DNA of 64,000 nucleotides from Octopus sinensis. Lineage: Eukaryota. Shown here piece after piece: positions 38,543 to 51,785 of the stretch. The notes beneath the pieces were generated by a model. The model had not been told where the DNA came from. It saw only the letters and a program-made list of their open reading frames with translations, and did no database searches. Positions within the stretch are counted from its first letter, which is position 1. Every line of letters starts with the position of its first letter. The stretch lies in assembly GCF_006345805.1 (NCBI RefSeq), contig NC_043023.1, positions 4,898,001 to 4,962,000 on the forward strand, read 5' to 3'. The position numbers and the translations under genes are program-made.

Positions 38543-38642
38543 NNNNNNNNNNNNNNNNNNNNNNNNNNNNNNNNNNNNNNNNNNNNNNNNNNNNNNNNNN
38601 NNNNNNNNNNNNNNNNNNNNNNNNNNNNNNNNNNNNNNNNNN
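38543..38642. other. Assembly gap (100 N)
   Basis: Run of n. Confidence 1.
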
Positions 38643-38907
38643 AAGTAGTGGTGATCACAAGAGGAAGGTGTACATGCATGTGTATGTGAGAGCATGTGTG
38701 TGTGCGTGGTGGGGGTGTGGGAGTGGAATGTGTGGGAGATGGGATGTATAGGGATGGTGGGGTTATACATACATACACACACATATACATATATATGTAC
38801 CCATACACACACACACACATATATATATATATATGTAGTAAAAGAGTATATATGTGTGCAAAATTTTAAATTTTGGTGGAGGGGAGAATATATATATGTA
38901 TACCTCA

Positions 38908-39328
38908 TAGGTACAGGAGTGGCTGTGTGGTAAATAGCTTGATTACCAACCACATGGTGCCGGGTTCAGTCCCACTGCGTGGCACCTTGGGCAAGTGTCT
39001 TCAACTATAGCCTCGGGCTGACCAAAGCCTTGTGAGTGGATTTGGTAGACGGAAACTGAAAGAAACCCGTCATATATGTATATATATATATATATATATA
39101 TGTGTGTGGTGTGTGTATGTTTGTGTGTCTGTGTTTGTCCCCCTAGCATTGCTTGACAACCGATGCTGGTGTGTTTATGTCCCCGTCACTTAGCGGTTTG
39201 GCAAAAGACACCGATAGAATAAGTACTGGGCTTACAAAGAATAAGTCCCGGGGTCGAGTTGCTTGACTAAAGGCGGTGCTCCAGCATGGCCGCAGTCAAA
39301 TGACTGAAACAAGTAAAAGAGTAAAGAG
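38908..39328 (+). mobile_element. SINE family B, full-length
   Basis: Head, core and tail intact. Confidence 0.88.
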
Positions 39329-39334
39329 TATATA

Positions 39335-39822
39335 TATTGCGAAAGCCTGTTGAGGCAAGTGAAATCAAAATCAAATTCGATGACCGGCATCTGTACTAGC
39401 GGAGTGCAAAGAGCACCATACAAGTGTGATCGTTGACGGAGCGGCTAACTGGCTTCCATGCCCGTGGCACATAAAAGGAACCATTCGAGTGTGATTGTGA
39501 CCAGCATCGCCTTACTGGCACTTGTGCCCGTGCTAGTAGGGTGCTAAGAGCACCATTCGAGTGGGATTGTTACCAGTATCACCTTACTGGCACCTGTGCT
39601 GTTGGCATGTGTAAAAAATTTGAGTGAGGTCATTGCCAGTACTGCTTGACTGGCTCCTGTGCCGCCGGTGGCACATAAAAAGAACCCACTACACTCTCAG
39701 AGTGGTTGGCGTTAGGAAGGGCATCCAGCTGTAGAAACTCTACCAGATCAAGATTGGAGCCTGGTGCATTCATCTGGTTTGCCAGCCCTCAGTCAAAATC
39801 GTCCAATCCATGCTAACATGGG
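39335..39822 (+). mobile_element. RTE family 2 3' UTR fragment
   Basis: Reverse complement of the 2300-2800 type. Confidence 0.75.
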
Positions 39823-39929
39823 TTATATATAATATATATATATATGGTATACATACCATATATGTAAAGAGTATACATACATATATATGTTATTAATAAC
39901 AGCTAGAAGAAGCTGCTTCTTTTCCAGTC

Positions 39930-40980
39930 ACCTAAGTGAATGGAGCTTGACCAGAAGAAATAGATGTCATCAGACATCAGTGGTCATTGAATGTTTTGTC
40001 CCTGAACCATAACACCCTACAGTTTGTGTGTCAGCAGTTATGGCAAAATCACTGCTTATCTATTCCTGGCTTCCAGCTTAATTCTTTTCTCTTGCTCTGT
40101 AACCAGCAAGTGGCTCTTCACACACGCATCTTTTGACTGCCCACTGGGGTCCTTTGGTATCACTTCTATTTCATATACCAAAATCTCTGTGTTCCAGTAA
40201 GCCATTAAGGGGACATGAGGTGTTGCCTCTGCATGAGACTGTCCAGTCTATATCCATTCTGGCCCCTAGAAATGGCTTAGGCATTATCTTTACATAAAGC
40301 AAAATTCATTGACAAGAATTTCTTACTTAGAATGTCTAGTATAAAGAGGCCTCTGAGATCACAGATATCTATGCTGTTTATGGTTGTCCTGCTCATTTTT
40401 CTGTAACCTGGTGTAGCTGCTGTGATCTTGGTTTTTAGGGCATCCAGAGTGTGAGCTACCAGAACTTGGTGATCAGCTTTTTGTAGTTCAGACATGGCTT
40501 GGTGGCAGGCGTGGAGCCTTCTGTTGTTGAATCAAAAGCTGGGTGGATGCTGCCTTTCCTGCACAGTGATGGGGATAGAAGACCACCTGCAGCCTTCTAC
40601 AACTCCTGTTTAAACACCGACAGGCTATGATTTATACCTACCAACCACAACTTGGGTCAATGTATCTGTGTGAAAGTGGCAGAGGGGATTCGCAAATTTG
40701 GGTGAGTAACCAAACTTCCTGAGAACATCCCACAAATGTTCCTTGATTAGTGTCAAAGTCTTTTGGCATATTCACAAATACAATGAATAAGTTTTAATGT
40801 TCCTCCCTGAATCTGCCTTGTAGTAAAATCATGTCCTGTCTGCTTTGACCACTGCCAAATTTGTCCAGTAACTCAAGTATGATGTTTTCTGGTAATGACT
40901 AGGCCAGTCTTTTGAGTATAGCTTTGGACAGAACCTTCTCAGAAATGATCAGGGATGTTGAAACCCTACTGTTGGAACAA
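39930..40980 (-). mobile_element. Old degenerate RTE-like RT fragment
   Basis: Minus translation KVLSKAILKRL...LFIVFVNMPKDFDT, with stops. Confidence 0.5.
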
Positions 40981-41074
40981 GTATTCACACACATTTATGA
41001 ATGTACATAAATGCACACTTACAAATACATGTACACATGCTTACAACATATATGTGTATATATATATATATATA

Positions 41075-41518
41075 ATCAAATCAAATCAAAATAGATGAAC
41101 ATCAATGGAATTTGTATCTATGTGGTACCAGTGCCGGTGGCACATAAGAAAACCATCCGAACATGACCGTAGCCAGTACCGCATCGACTGGCCTCCGTGC
41201 TGAGGGCACGTAACAAACACCATCCGAGCGTGGCCGTTCGCCAGCCTCGTCTGGCACCTGTGTCGGTGGCACATAAAAACACCATCCAAGCGTGGCCGTC
41301 TGCCAGCCTCGTCTGGCACCTGTGTCGGTGGCACATAAAATCACCCACTACACTCTCGGAGTGGTTGGCGTTAGGAAGGGCATCCAGCTGTAGAAACACT
41401 GCCAGATCTGACTGGCCTGGTGTAGCCTTCGAGCTTGCCAGACCCCAGTTGAACCGTCCAACCCATGCTAGCATGGAAAGCGGACGTTAAATGATGATGA
41501 TGATGATGATGATGATGA
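41075..41518 (+). mobile_element. RTE family 2 3' UTR with (GAT)n tail
   Basis: Near-identical to 22062-22510 in opposite orientation. Confidence 0.85.
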
Positions 41519-41520
41519 TA

Positions 41521-42085
41521 TTGGGTTGTCCTGAAAGTTTGTGCCGATTTATAGTAGCTTACCTTTCGACTTATTTTAGTACATGGTTGAGTCCATAAAA
41601 TAGGATTTGACTACACCTCCATTTAGAGCACAGTTTAAGCTATCTTTTCATGGAAGAAGGTTTATGTTCCTATAACCTGTGTTAATTCTGTAACCCTTTA
41701 AAATGAAAATAAGAAAGTTCATTTTCGGCACTTGATGCTTTGGGAACCAGACAAAAATTGCTGCAGCTCGGCTGGGATTTGTTACCCCACCCTCCATATT
41801 CACCAGATATTGCTCCTTCGGATTTCCACTTATTCAGGTCTCTGCAGAATAGTCTTAATGGTAAAAATTTCAATTCCTTGGATGACGTAAAAAGATTCCT
41901 TGATGAATTCTTTGCCATAAAACCACCTCAATTCTGGGAAAAGGGTATTTTCAAGTTAAAGGAAAGATGGAGACGCACTGTGCAACAAAATGGTTCATAT
42001 TTGGTTGATTAAAAATGTAATGGCAAGTATTTATTGACCTTTTTCTTCCCTTTAAAAATCAGCAGGAACTTTCTGGACAACCCAA
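41521..42085 (+). mobile_element. Non-autonomous mariner deletion derivative (~565 bp)
   Basis: TA|ttgggttgtc...gacaacccaa|TA TIRs; internal HPPYSPDIAPSDFHLFRSL motif. Confidence 0.92.
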
Positions 42086-42212
42086 TATATATACACACAC
42101 ATACACACACACTTTGAAATATACTTACACACACACACACACACACACACACAAATACACACATAAACCTCACAGTCTACTGATTCATTGTACCCTTTTT
42201 TTCTTTTTCCAG

Positions 42213-42312
42213 ATTTCCTGTTGCTGCCCTTATATATAGCTCCAGGTCCGTCCAGTTGCAGTAGGCAGAAAGCATTTTCAGCTTTGACCTCCATCTCACC
42301 TGTTTAGGACAG
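42213..42312 (+). other. Probable non-coding 5' UTR exon of the TLR gene
   Basis: Strong polypyrimidine acceptor ttttttctttttccag, 100 nt with no ATG and stops in all three frames, donor cag|gtatgt; 423 bp upstream of the TLR ATG. Confidence 0.55.
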
Positions 42313-42735
42313 GTATGTAGTCTTATGGGGAAATTTCAGATTCCAAGGAAACTGGTTCCAGTCCATATTGAAACAAGAATTAATTCATAGGAAGGCTTGT
42401 GGAAGATTTAAAAAAAAATTTTAATTACCACCATCAGGAGTGACTAATTGAATGATTCAGAACCATTTTAATTCATCAGAAAGAGTAAAAGACTGAGAGA
42501 TTAAATGATTGTCACTTGGGCAGAAAGTTGCCAACCAAAGGATCACTAATCTATCTTTATTTAAGATAGTAGCATTTGTTTAAGATAATAGTATTGAAAG
42601 TAATTTAGCTGCTATTTCTTGTGGATTGAGTGACTGCATGGAGGCTCCTTTGGATGCTGTTGTTGTCATTGTTATCATCTGTGTCACCTCTACATTAACT
42701 CAACCTATGTTTAAAAAGCCTGACTGCAGAGTGTA

Positions 42736-44847
42736 ATGTTTAATCAGGAACTGAGAAAATATACCCGATTCTTCGACCATTCTACGTATCTCATTGAATT
42801 TCCACTGTTGTTATTGTTGTTGTCATTGTTGTTGCTACCTTTATCATTGTCAGCATCTCTGCCCAATTGTACGTGTGTCCACACTTCCTGCAGCTGTATA
42901 ACCAAAACTTATGTTCCTCAATTACCACAGAACATCACAAGTATCATTTTTAAGGACTCTAATTTTAGACTGACTAAGGAATTCATGGTGAATATTTCAA
43001 GCTTGTCTCTTGTTTCGCTGAAGTTTGAAAACACATATATTTTCTCATCTAATAGTTCGGCTTTCGAAAATTTTACAACACTAAGTATTCTTGAATTCTT
43101 TGTGTGTTATTTTCAGCCCAGAATTTTGTACACAGCCTTAGCCAATGCTAAACAGCTGACCAAGTTATACATCATTTCAGCAAAAATTAAGGAGCTGTCT
43201 GAGTATTTCTTTGAGAATTTGCGTCAGACCCAGTTGACTCATTTGTCTTTGAAACGCTGTGGTTTTGATACTTTCAACGGCACACTGTTTTCAACTCTGA
43301 AATACTTGCGGGATTTAGACTTTTCTGAAAATTTTGTCAAGACTGCCATTTGGGGCATTAATCTGTCATTGAACGTCTTGAAAATTCCCCATAGCAGTGT
43401 TCAGCATTTGCCTGCTTTTGTTAGTTCCAGAGGTGAGTCTTACTATCCAAATTTAACACATTTGGAAATTGGTGTCGAAAGAATTCCTCATTTGAATGAG
43501 ACTACATGCAAGGGACTGCAGCATCTGCAACATTTGTACATTTGGTGCGATCAATTAGAAAAGATCAATTCCTTGTTCAACCCCATTCAAAATCTTCAAG
43601 CATTTCATCTTAGAGCTTCTTTATTTAGCCATCAGCCAAAACTTAGTATTACAAGTTCAAATTTTCGAAGCAAAACCCTTCAAAATCTAACTCTGGAAAA
43701 TGTGCGTGTTTTTGCAGATAGCCAGATAGATTTGTTTCACTATTTTCCAAGCCTCATCAACCTTCAGTTAATTGGAACTGTTTTGTTAAGTGACCCTATA
43801 TCAATCAACCAATCACTGGCCTTTCTTCCAAATTTAGTTACTTTGCAAATAAGTTTCTCCAATCTGAAAATCATTCCAAAAGTTATATGCAACATGGTTT
43901 ACTTAACTTCTTTAAACTTGAAAGGCAACAGAATCCTGTGGTGGAATGATACCGATTGCTCCGTCATGAAGAAACTAAACTTTCTCTCTTTCTCAGAAAA
44001 CAGTATAAGTATTGTAGAGGATAAAACCTTTTCCCCCTTACTTATTGACAACAAAAATCTCAGATGGGATTTGTCTGTTAACCCTTTCTTGTGTATCTGT
44101 GAAAATGCCTGGTTTAAGAGCTGGCTAGAAAAGAACCACCAACAGTTCTTATACTATCCTAAAGACTTCAAATGTGAAACTCCAGCAGAACTGCGAGGTA
44201 AACGACTGTCAGATATCGACCTTGGAAACAACGTATGTGGAGTCAGTGTTATACCATCAGTTGGGATCACTATTGGAATTGTGTTGGGCTCACTGATGTT
44301 TGTGTTTGTAGTGGTTGCCAGCATCTCATACTACAAGAGATGGGCTTTGCGCTACATCTGTTACTTGCTCAAGTCTCGCAAGAAGCAGGAAAGAAGCCAA
44401 CAAGATGAGAAAAGTTATGTGTATGATGCATTCATCTGCTATCATAACAGTGACAGTAAATACCTTCTGGAAAAGCTGCAACCAAAACTAGAAGTGGAAA
44501 ATAACTTTCAGTTGTGCATCCATGATCGAGATTTCATTCCAGGATGGGACATTGTTGATAATATTGTTGAAAGTATTGAGAAGAGTCACAAGATTGTGCT
44601 GCTTCTCTCAAACAACTTTGCCCTCAGCGAGTGGTGCCAGTTTGAATCGACAATGGCTCAGCAGCGACTCTTCGGTGAGAAAAAGAACACTTTGATCCCA
44701 ATCCTTCTTGAACCAATCAAAATTAAAAATCAAACATCCCGGCTAACCATTCTCTTGAAGGAAAAGACCTACCTAGAATGGACAGATGACAAAAATGGTC
44801 AAAAGTTGTTTTGGGCACGTCTTTTAAATACCATGAGGGGTTCTTGA
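42736..44847 (+). CDS. Toll-like receptor (single-cysteine-cluster type), 703 aa, intronless CDS
   Basis: Hydrophobic signal segment (PLLLLLLSLLLLPLSLSA), LRRNT cysteines, LxxLxLxxN LRRs, LRRCT NPFLCIC...W...CETP...C, TM ITIGIVLGSLMFVFVVVASISYY, TIR box1 YDAFICY, box2 RDFIPG, box3 FW. AATAAA at 45105-45110. Confidence 0.95.
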   Translation: MFNQELRKYTRFFDHSTYLIEFPLLLLLLSLLLLPLSLSASLPNCTCVHTSCSCITKTYVPQLPQNITSIIFKDSNFRLTKEFMVNISSLSLVSLKFENTYIFSSNSSAFENFTTLSILEFFVCYFQPRILYTALANAKQLTKLYIISAKIKELSEYFFENLRQTQLTHLSLKRCGFDTFNGTLFSTLKYLRDLDFSENFVKTAIWGINLSLNVLKIPHSSVQHLPAFVSSRGESYYPNLTHLEIGVERIPHLNETTCKGLQHLQHLYIWCDQLEKINSLFNPIQNLQAFHLRASLFSHQPKLSITSSNFRSKTLQNLTLENVRVFADSQIDLFHYFPSLINLQLIGTVLLSDPISINQSLAFLPNLVTLQISFSNLKIIPKVICNMVYLTSLNLKGNRILWWNDTDCSVMKKLNFLSFSENSISIVEDKTFSPLLIDNKNLRWDLSVNPFLCICENAWFKSWLEKNHQQFLYYPKDFKCETPAELRGKRLSDIDLGNNVCGVSVIPSVGITIGIVLGSLMFVFVVVASISYYKRWALRYICYLLKSRKKQERSQQDEKSYVYDAFICYHNSDSKYLLEKLQPKLEVENNFQLCIHDRDFIPGWDIVDNIVESIEKSHKIVLLLSNNFALSEWCQFESTMAQQRLFGEKKNTLIPILLEPIKIKNQTSRLTILLKEKTYLEWTDDKNGQKLFWARLLNTMRGS

Positions 44848-45393
44848 GTGTCGTTGAAACATAACAAAAGAATCATAAGGATTTAACCATTTCTGTGCCA
44901 TTTTTGATGGTGAAATTTTCAATGCATAACATTTTAATGGTAACAATTTAACACAGGACATTATAGCTGTGATAAAGTCTAATGTTTTTCTGACATGTAA
45001 ATCTTTAAAATCATAGGTTGATAATGAAAACCAGTGGCAAAAGACCTCCACACCAAATCTTAATACAAAAAATACAAAAAAATTACCAGCAAACATTTTC
45101 TCAGAATAAAGATTTTAATACTGAACATTTTGATGGCCAAGAATTTAACATGCACCATCTTAATATTCTGAAGGTAAAACTTGTAATGGTATGAAGACTT
45201 ACAAAAATAATACAAAAAAGAAATTTTTTACTAGCAAAAAATTTACCAGTTTAATGGATATTTTTAAATGTGAAAATTTAAAGGTAAAATATTTATTGTA
45301 AACAACCTGATACAAGGAATTTTAAAGGACATTTTGTCTTTTGTCAGGAAGAACGTTACTATTTTAATGCAGAATGTTCCTAATGGCAACATA

Positions 45394-45424
<31 letters not shown>

Positions 45425-46897
45425 TATATACATATGTATATGCATACATACATGCGTGTGTGTGTGTATAATATATATATATTCATATATACATACTTAC
45501 ATATGTATGTATGTATATGCATACATACGTGTGTGTGTGTGTATATATATGCTGCATATGTATAAAGGTAAAAAATTTTAATAATTTATTACCAGTGGTT
45601 CATATGCTTAATAAAAGTCATAAGACAAAATATTTTATATGAGTGTATAAATTATACATGGAAAGAAGACCCTTTATACACTCATATATATATATATATA
45701 TATTTATATTTTTAATGTCAATGGCTCATGTACAGAAAATCTTTTTAATGTCAACCATTTTTGTTGGCAACAATTTTTTATTATTCACTTCTCAACTGCA
45801 ATTTTAATGGGAGCAGTTTAACAGGGTATAATCTAATGGTAGTGAAGGCAAGTGGCTTAGTGTTTAGGATGTTGGACTCATAATCATAAGATTATGATTT
45901 CAATTCCTGGACTAGTTGACACGTGTTCTTGAGCAAAACGCTTCATTTCATGTTGCTCCAGTCCACTCAGAAATCCTGTGATGTCCAGCGTCCCATCCAG
46001 GTGGGAAATATATACACTATTGAAACTGGGAAACCAGCCCTCATGTGCCTGGCATGGCTCTGGAAGGAACCATTTATTTATTTTTTTAATCTAATGGTAA
46101 CACTTTAGCAGTGGACATTTTAATAGCGAACAATATTTTTTGCCTGACCTTTGCCTGGAAAAGAAGATCAGGAAAAGACAGCTGGAAACAGTTTCTGGTC
46201 AGTGTGTGTGGCCCTCTGAACTGGAAGCATCCAAGTTAGTCTTGTGGAACCCACTTCATGGTGGTGTAAGAAGAGGAAAATATTGTCAGACATCGACAAC
46301 TTGATTGCAGACACTGGCCTGGAATGTATCCAGAACTTCAAAGCAGTTGTGTTGGACCAAGAGGTGTGGTGGGTGGACAGTGTAGCTGCAGCCTGGGTTG
46401 GAACCATAAAAGAAAAAAAAAAGGTTTTTTTAAAAATCCCCAAGTGAAACATTAAGAGATGTCTGTTCCTAATACACAGGAAGGATACATTGAACAACTC
46501 CAGAGCTAAGTAATGACACTCAAGACTATAAAAGAGAGTCTCCCCCTACACTAGTCTGAAACAAAGACTTTAACCTTTTAACATTCAGATTATTCTATGA
46601 AATGTAATGCATGTTCATTCACATTGTTTTGAATTAATCATGGATTATCTCATAGCTTTGAGATTTCAATGATGTGATTGTTGAGTTTTAGAATAACATT
46701 GTATGGTAGGTATAAGAGATGAGACCTGGATAGTCTGAACATAAAACAGGTAGAATATTTGGTTCAGATGTGGCCTGTTTAACCCTTCAATATTCAGATT
46801 GCTCTGTGAAATGTAATACTTATTTATTCACATTGTTTTGAATTAATCATGGATTCAGTTCTGTATTTAAGAGATGAGGAATTATGTACATTATTTA

Positions 46898-48348
46898 TTA
46901 GGTTGGTAACTAAGTTCCTGCTATCTTTTTAAATTTAAATTTTTTTAAAGTTTTAATAAAAAATAACAACTAATTAATCAATAATGTATTCACCCTTGCT
47001 GTTTACAACTTCTTCCCAATGTTCAACAAGATTTTCAATACCTCGTTGGTAGAAATCACCCGATTTCGACTCGAAAAATTGATCCAACCAAGCTCTCAAT
47101 TCTTCATCAGTATTGAACGAAACTCTACAAATAGCATTTGAAAGAGATTGAAAGAGGTGGAAATCCATTGGTGACAAATCAGGAGAGTATGGCAGGTGTG
47201 GCAGCACTTCCCAGCCATGCGTTTGAATGGCTTCCTTGGTCCTATTGGTGATATGAGGGTGGCATTGTTGTGCAGCAGAACTCCATGCTGCCGATCAGGT
47301 CTTTTCTCTTGAATAGCCATGTTGGGTTGTTCCATCTGTTGAACATAGAGTTCCATGTTTAACATTTGATTCCATTCAAGCAATTCATAATGGTAATCCC
47401 TTCCCAGTCCCACCATATGTACATCGTTTTACACAGATGAAGATCTTGTTTCACACGCGGTGTCACTTGTTTACCAGGGATAAGCCATTCCTTACGCTGC
47501 TTCGTATTGATGTACAGACACCATTTTTCATCACCAGTAAATGATTCGGTAAAAAAATCGGTGCTTGTGTCCATGAATTGAGCGGTGACGAGCAAGCAAA
47601 CCAGCGGAGATTGTGGCTCATTGATTTTTGTTGTTGTCACTTAAAGCATGCGGGACCCATGCTCCATACTTCTGAGCCTTTCCAATCGAGTTATATGCTT
47701 CTCTATAGCAGTGTGGGAGCATTCCATTTTCTCTGTCAATTCCCTTGTCATTTGACAATTTTCATGCAAAAGTTGGTTTAATTGCTCTTCATCGAATTCA
47801 ACTGGACGGCCAGAATGAGGTGCATCTTTGAGGTCAAAATTTCCATTTTTGAACTTGGCATACAAATCACGAGCGGTTCTTTCAGCTATGGCACCCTCTC
47901 CATTCACAGCACAAATGCTGCGAGCAGCTTTTGCAGCCTTAGAACCTTGATTAAAAGCAAAAAGGAGGTGTCAAAAATGCTCATTTTTCTTAACTTTACA
48001 TTCCATTTTAACTAAATATTGTCAGACATCGACAACTTGATTGCAGACACTGGCTTGGAATGTATCCAGAACCTCAAAGCAGTTGTGTTGGACCAAGAGG
48101 TGTGGTGGGTGGACAGTGTAGCTGCAGCCTGGGTTGGAACCTGGCCATAAAAGAAAAAAAAAGTTGTTTTTTTTTAAATCCCCAAGTGAAACATTAAGAG
48201 ATGTCTGTTCCTAATACACAGGAAGGATAACTAAAATGAACTAGAAAGAAAAAAAAAAAAAGATTCCAAAATGATCCAAAAATAGAATTCTTGAAAAAAA
48301 TAGATTCCAAAATTTAAAAAACCAGCAGGAACTTAGTTGTCAACCCAA
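46898..48348 (-). mobile_element. Near full-length degenerate mariner transposon
   Basis: TA-flanked TIRs ttaggttggtaactaagttcctgct / agcaggaacttagttgtcaacccaa. Frameshifted transposase pieces GNFDLKDAPHSGRP, TGDEKW, HLPYSPDLSPMDFHLF. Confidence 0.9.
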
Positions 48349-50308
48349 TACATTCCTCTTTTCAAGTGGTTGGGTTTCTTCATGTCCCTCTTAAATACTT
48401 CTTATTTATTTTATTTATTTATGTGCCCTTTTCAAGCCTAGCCAGGCTCATGGGCCCGGTGTCCCGGTTTCTGTGGTGTATGTGTTCCCCCCAGCTGGAC
48501 AGGACGCCAGTCCATCGCAGCGTTACTCAAGAAACAGGAAGAAAGAGAGAAAGTTGGGGCAAAAGAGTACAACAGGGGTCACCACCATACCCTGCCGGAG
48601 CCTCGTGGAGCTTTTAGGTGTTTTTGCTCAATAAACACGCACAATTGAAACCATGATCCTCTGACTGTGAGTCCGCTGCCCTAACCACTGGGCCATTGCG
48701 TTTCCACAAATACTTCTTAGACTTTGGCTGAATTTTTTGGTGTCCTGTCTGTTACGAAAATGCATTCAGTGGAATCAAATTATTGACCCTGGGAGATGCC
48801 AATAATTATGGTGGGGGGTGAAGGCAGTGAACTAGCAGAATTGTTAGCATGCCAGTCAAAATGCATTTCATCAAAAGGCATTTTGTCTGTCTTTATGTTC
48901 CGAGTTCAAATTCAGCCAAGGTCGACTTTGCCTTTCATGCTTTGGGAGTCAATAAAATAAATATGGTGGTAGTAGTAGCAGTAGCAACTTCTCCTTCATC
49001 ATCGTCATCATCATCCTTCATTTTTGGAGATGGTTTGACTCTACGTCACAGAAATAGGCAGCATTTCTTAAAGGAAGCATCAGTTGCAGCTGTGAGGTCA
49101 TTACTGATTGGTGCTACTTGCATCCCCATCAGTTGTGTGCTTGAGAGATTCAAAATAATAAATAAATGATATTTTCTAATATTTATAAATTGTGTTCTTT
49201 ATTTACAGGTTTTACATTTTTTGTCAAAATTTTATAAAATAAATAGTTGCAGGCATGGCTGTGTGGTAAGAAGCTTGCTTACCAACCACATGGTTCCAGG
49301 ATCAGTCCTACTGCATGGCACCTTCAGCAAGTGTCTTCTACTATAGCCTCAAGCCGACTAAAGCCTTGTGAGTGGATTTGGTAGTCGGAAACTGAAAGAA
49401 GCCCATCGTATATATATATATATATCTGTGTGTGTGTGTTTGTGTTTGTTCCCCCATCACTCTTTCTGCAATCATCACCCATTCTCTTCTATTCTCCCTC
49501 AGTTACAAGGGGGCCATGATAGGCCCCTGTCTTTGCAAGTTAGATGATGTTCACAAGTGCTAGTATCACAAAAAAAGCACCCAATACACTGTATAGTGGT
49601 TGGCAAAAGGAAGGGCATCCAACCGTAAATATCATGCCAAAGCAGACAATTGGAACCCAGATTCTCTCAATCCATCCATGCCAGCAAGAAGATCAGGCAT
49701 TAAATGATGATGATGAGGAGGAGGATGTATGCAAATTACTTTTTTTACTCTTTTACTTGTTTTAGTCATTTGACTGTGGCCATGCTGGAGCACCGCCTTT
49801 AGTCGAGCAAATCGACCCCAGGACTTATTCTTTGTAAGCCTAGTACTTATTCTAATCGGACTCTTTTGCCAAACCGCTAAGCTACGGGGACGTAAACACA
49901 CCAGCATCGGTTGTCAAGTGAAGTTGGGAGGACAAACACAGACATACAAACACACACACACACACACATACATATATATATGTATATATATATATATATA
50001 TACATAGAAGTAAATATATGGCACAACAAAGTACTGATATTTACTGAAAAATAGCGAACGTAATAAATACGACGCTAATGTATAGCTTCACAGTGTATGT
50101 ACTAGCAAAAATGTGTGTGTGCAACAAACTTGAAAAAAATTGTCTTACCTCCAGGGAGAACATCTGAAATATGAAATACCTAGATAGGGATAATGTGGGA
50201 CTGGTTTCAGATTTTTCAAGATATGTCTGCACCAATCTAATACTTCTATGTATAATTTTCCCTCACGGGCTATTCTTTACTGGAAAGCAATACTCTCGTA
50301 TTGCATTA

Positions 50309-50339
<31 letters not shown>

Positions 50340-50699
50340 CACAAATATGATGGGTTTCTTTCAGTTTCTGTCTACCAAATCCACTCACACGGCTTTGGTC
50401 GGACCGAGGCTATAGCAGGAAGACACTTGCCCAAGGTGCCACGCAGTGGGACTGAACCCGGAACCATGTGGTTCGTAAGCAAGCTACTTACCACACAGCC
50501 TATCATCCTCGTCCATCTTCCATGTCGGCATAGTTTAAACAGTTTGACAGGATCATACTTCAGTGCCCACTTTAGCATGGCTTCTAACGTTTGATGCCCT
50601 TCTAAACACCAATCTAATACAATTATTATTCAACATATTCTTCCCAGCTTTTTTTCTGTTTTGTTTCTTTTCTTATTCAGGGTGGTAACGTATATTAGA

Positions 50700-51170
50700 A
50701 GGTGCATGGCTCAGAGGTTAGAGAGTCAGGCCCACAATCATGAGGTAGTGAGTTCAACTCCCAGGCCGAGCTATGTGTTGTGTTCTTCTGCATGGCATTT
50801 TATTAACATTGCTCCAGTTCATTCAGTTGTAGAAATGAGCTGCGACGTTACTGGTGCCAAGTTGTATCGGCCCCTTTGCCTTTCTCTTGGATAACATCAG
50901 TGGCATGGAGAAGGAATGCATGGGTGACTGTTGGTCTTCCATGAACAACTTTGCCCAGACTTGTGCCTCAGAGGGTAACTTTCTAGGTGCAATCCCATGG
51001 TCATTTATCTTTTACCCTATGTACATATAATGGCATGGAGAGGGAAGGCTGGTATGCATGGGCAACTGCTGGACTTCCATAAACAACCTTGCCTGGGCTT
51101 GAGCCTTGGAGGGTAAATTTCTAGGTGCAATCTCATCGTCATTCATGACTGAGGGGGGTTTTTACCCTTT
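50700..51170 (+). mobile_element. SINE family C with duplicated 3' part
   Basis: ggtgcatggctcag head; ctaggtgcaatc segment occurs twice. Confidence 0.75.
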
Positions 51171-51221
51171 ATTAGTGTATAATTTATGGAAGATTTGGCT
51201 GTTATTTCTTACCATGTAGAG

Positions 51222-51785
51222 CAGTGGTTCTCAACTGGGGTCCATATAGCCCCTGAAGATCCATATAAGATTTTGGGGGTTCACACAACAAAATGTAAAG
51301 TGGGCATCCTCAATAGTGTTTTAAGGGCCTCTGAAAAAAATTTGCTTTAGATGTATGTATTGGCATACAAGGTTGGCCAAAAGTCACCCAACAGTAAATC
51401 AAAATTCCTTAAATACTCTCTGTAATTCTGTGCTGACTTGAATGGGAAAATGTGTCACTCAAGAAGGACTTCAGTTTGAATAATTTTCATGATGTTTCAT
51501 GTTTAGATGCTTTTATTAAATTCATTCAGTTGTTTAACATAAATAAATCTTGGAAGTAAATGGTTTTGATTTACTGTTGGGTGATTTTTGCCAAGAAATC
51601 TAAGTTTCTTTCTCTGATGTTTTATGTAATTCAACCCACACAAGTTAATATGTGAAAAAATAAAACAGAAATGTCCATAAAACTCGTTTTTAAACATTAA
51701 ATGGTTAGTTGGGGTGGGAGGAGGCACTGGAATAAAATAGTAATCAAAGGGGGCCATAGATTAAAAAAATGGCTGAGAACCCCTG
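51222..51785. mobile_element. hAT/Charlie-like MITE with nested Tc1/mariner-like MITE (~51366-51593)
   Basis: TIRs cagtggttctcaac / gctgagaacccctg; inner IR aaaagtcacccaacagtaaatcaaaa / ttttgatttactgttgggtgattttt. No clear 8-bp TSD. Confidence 0.6.
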
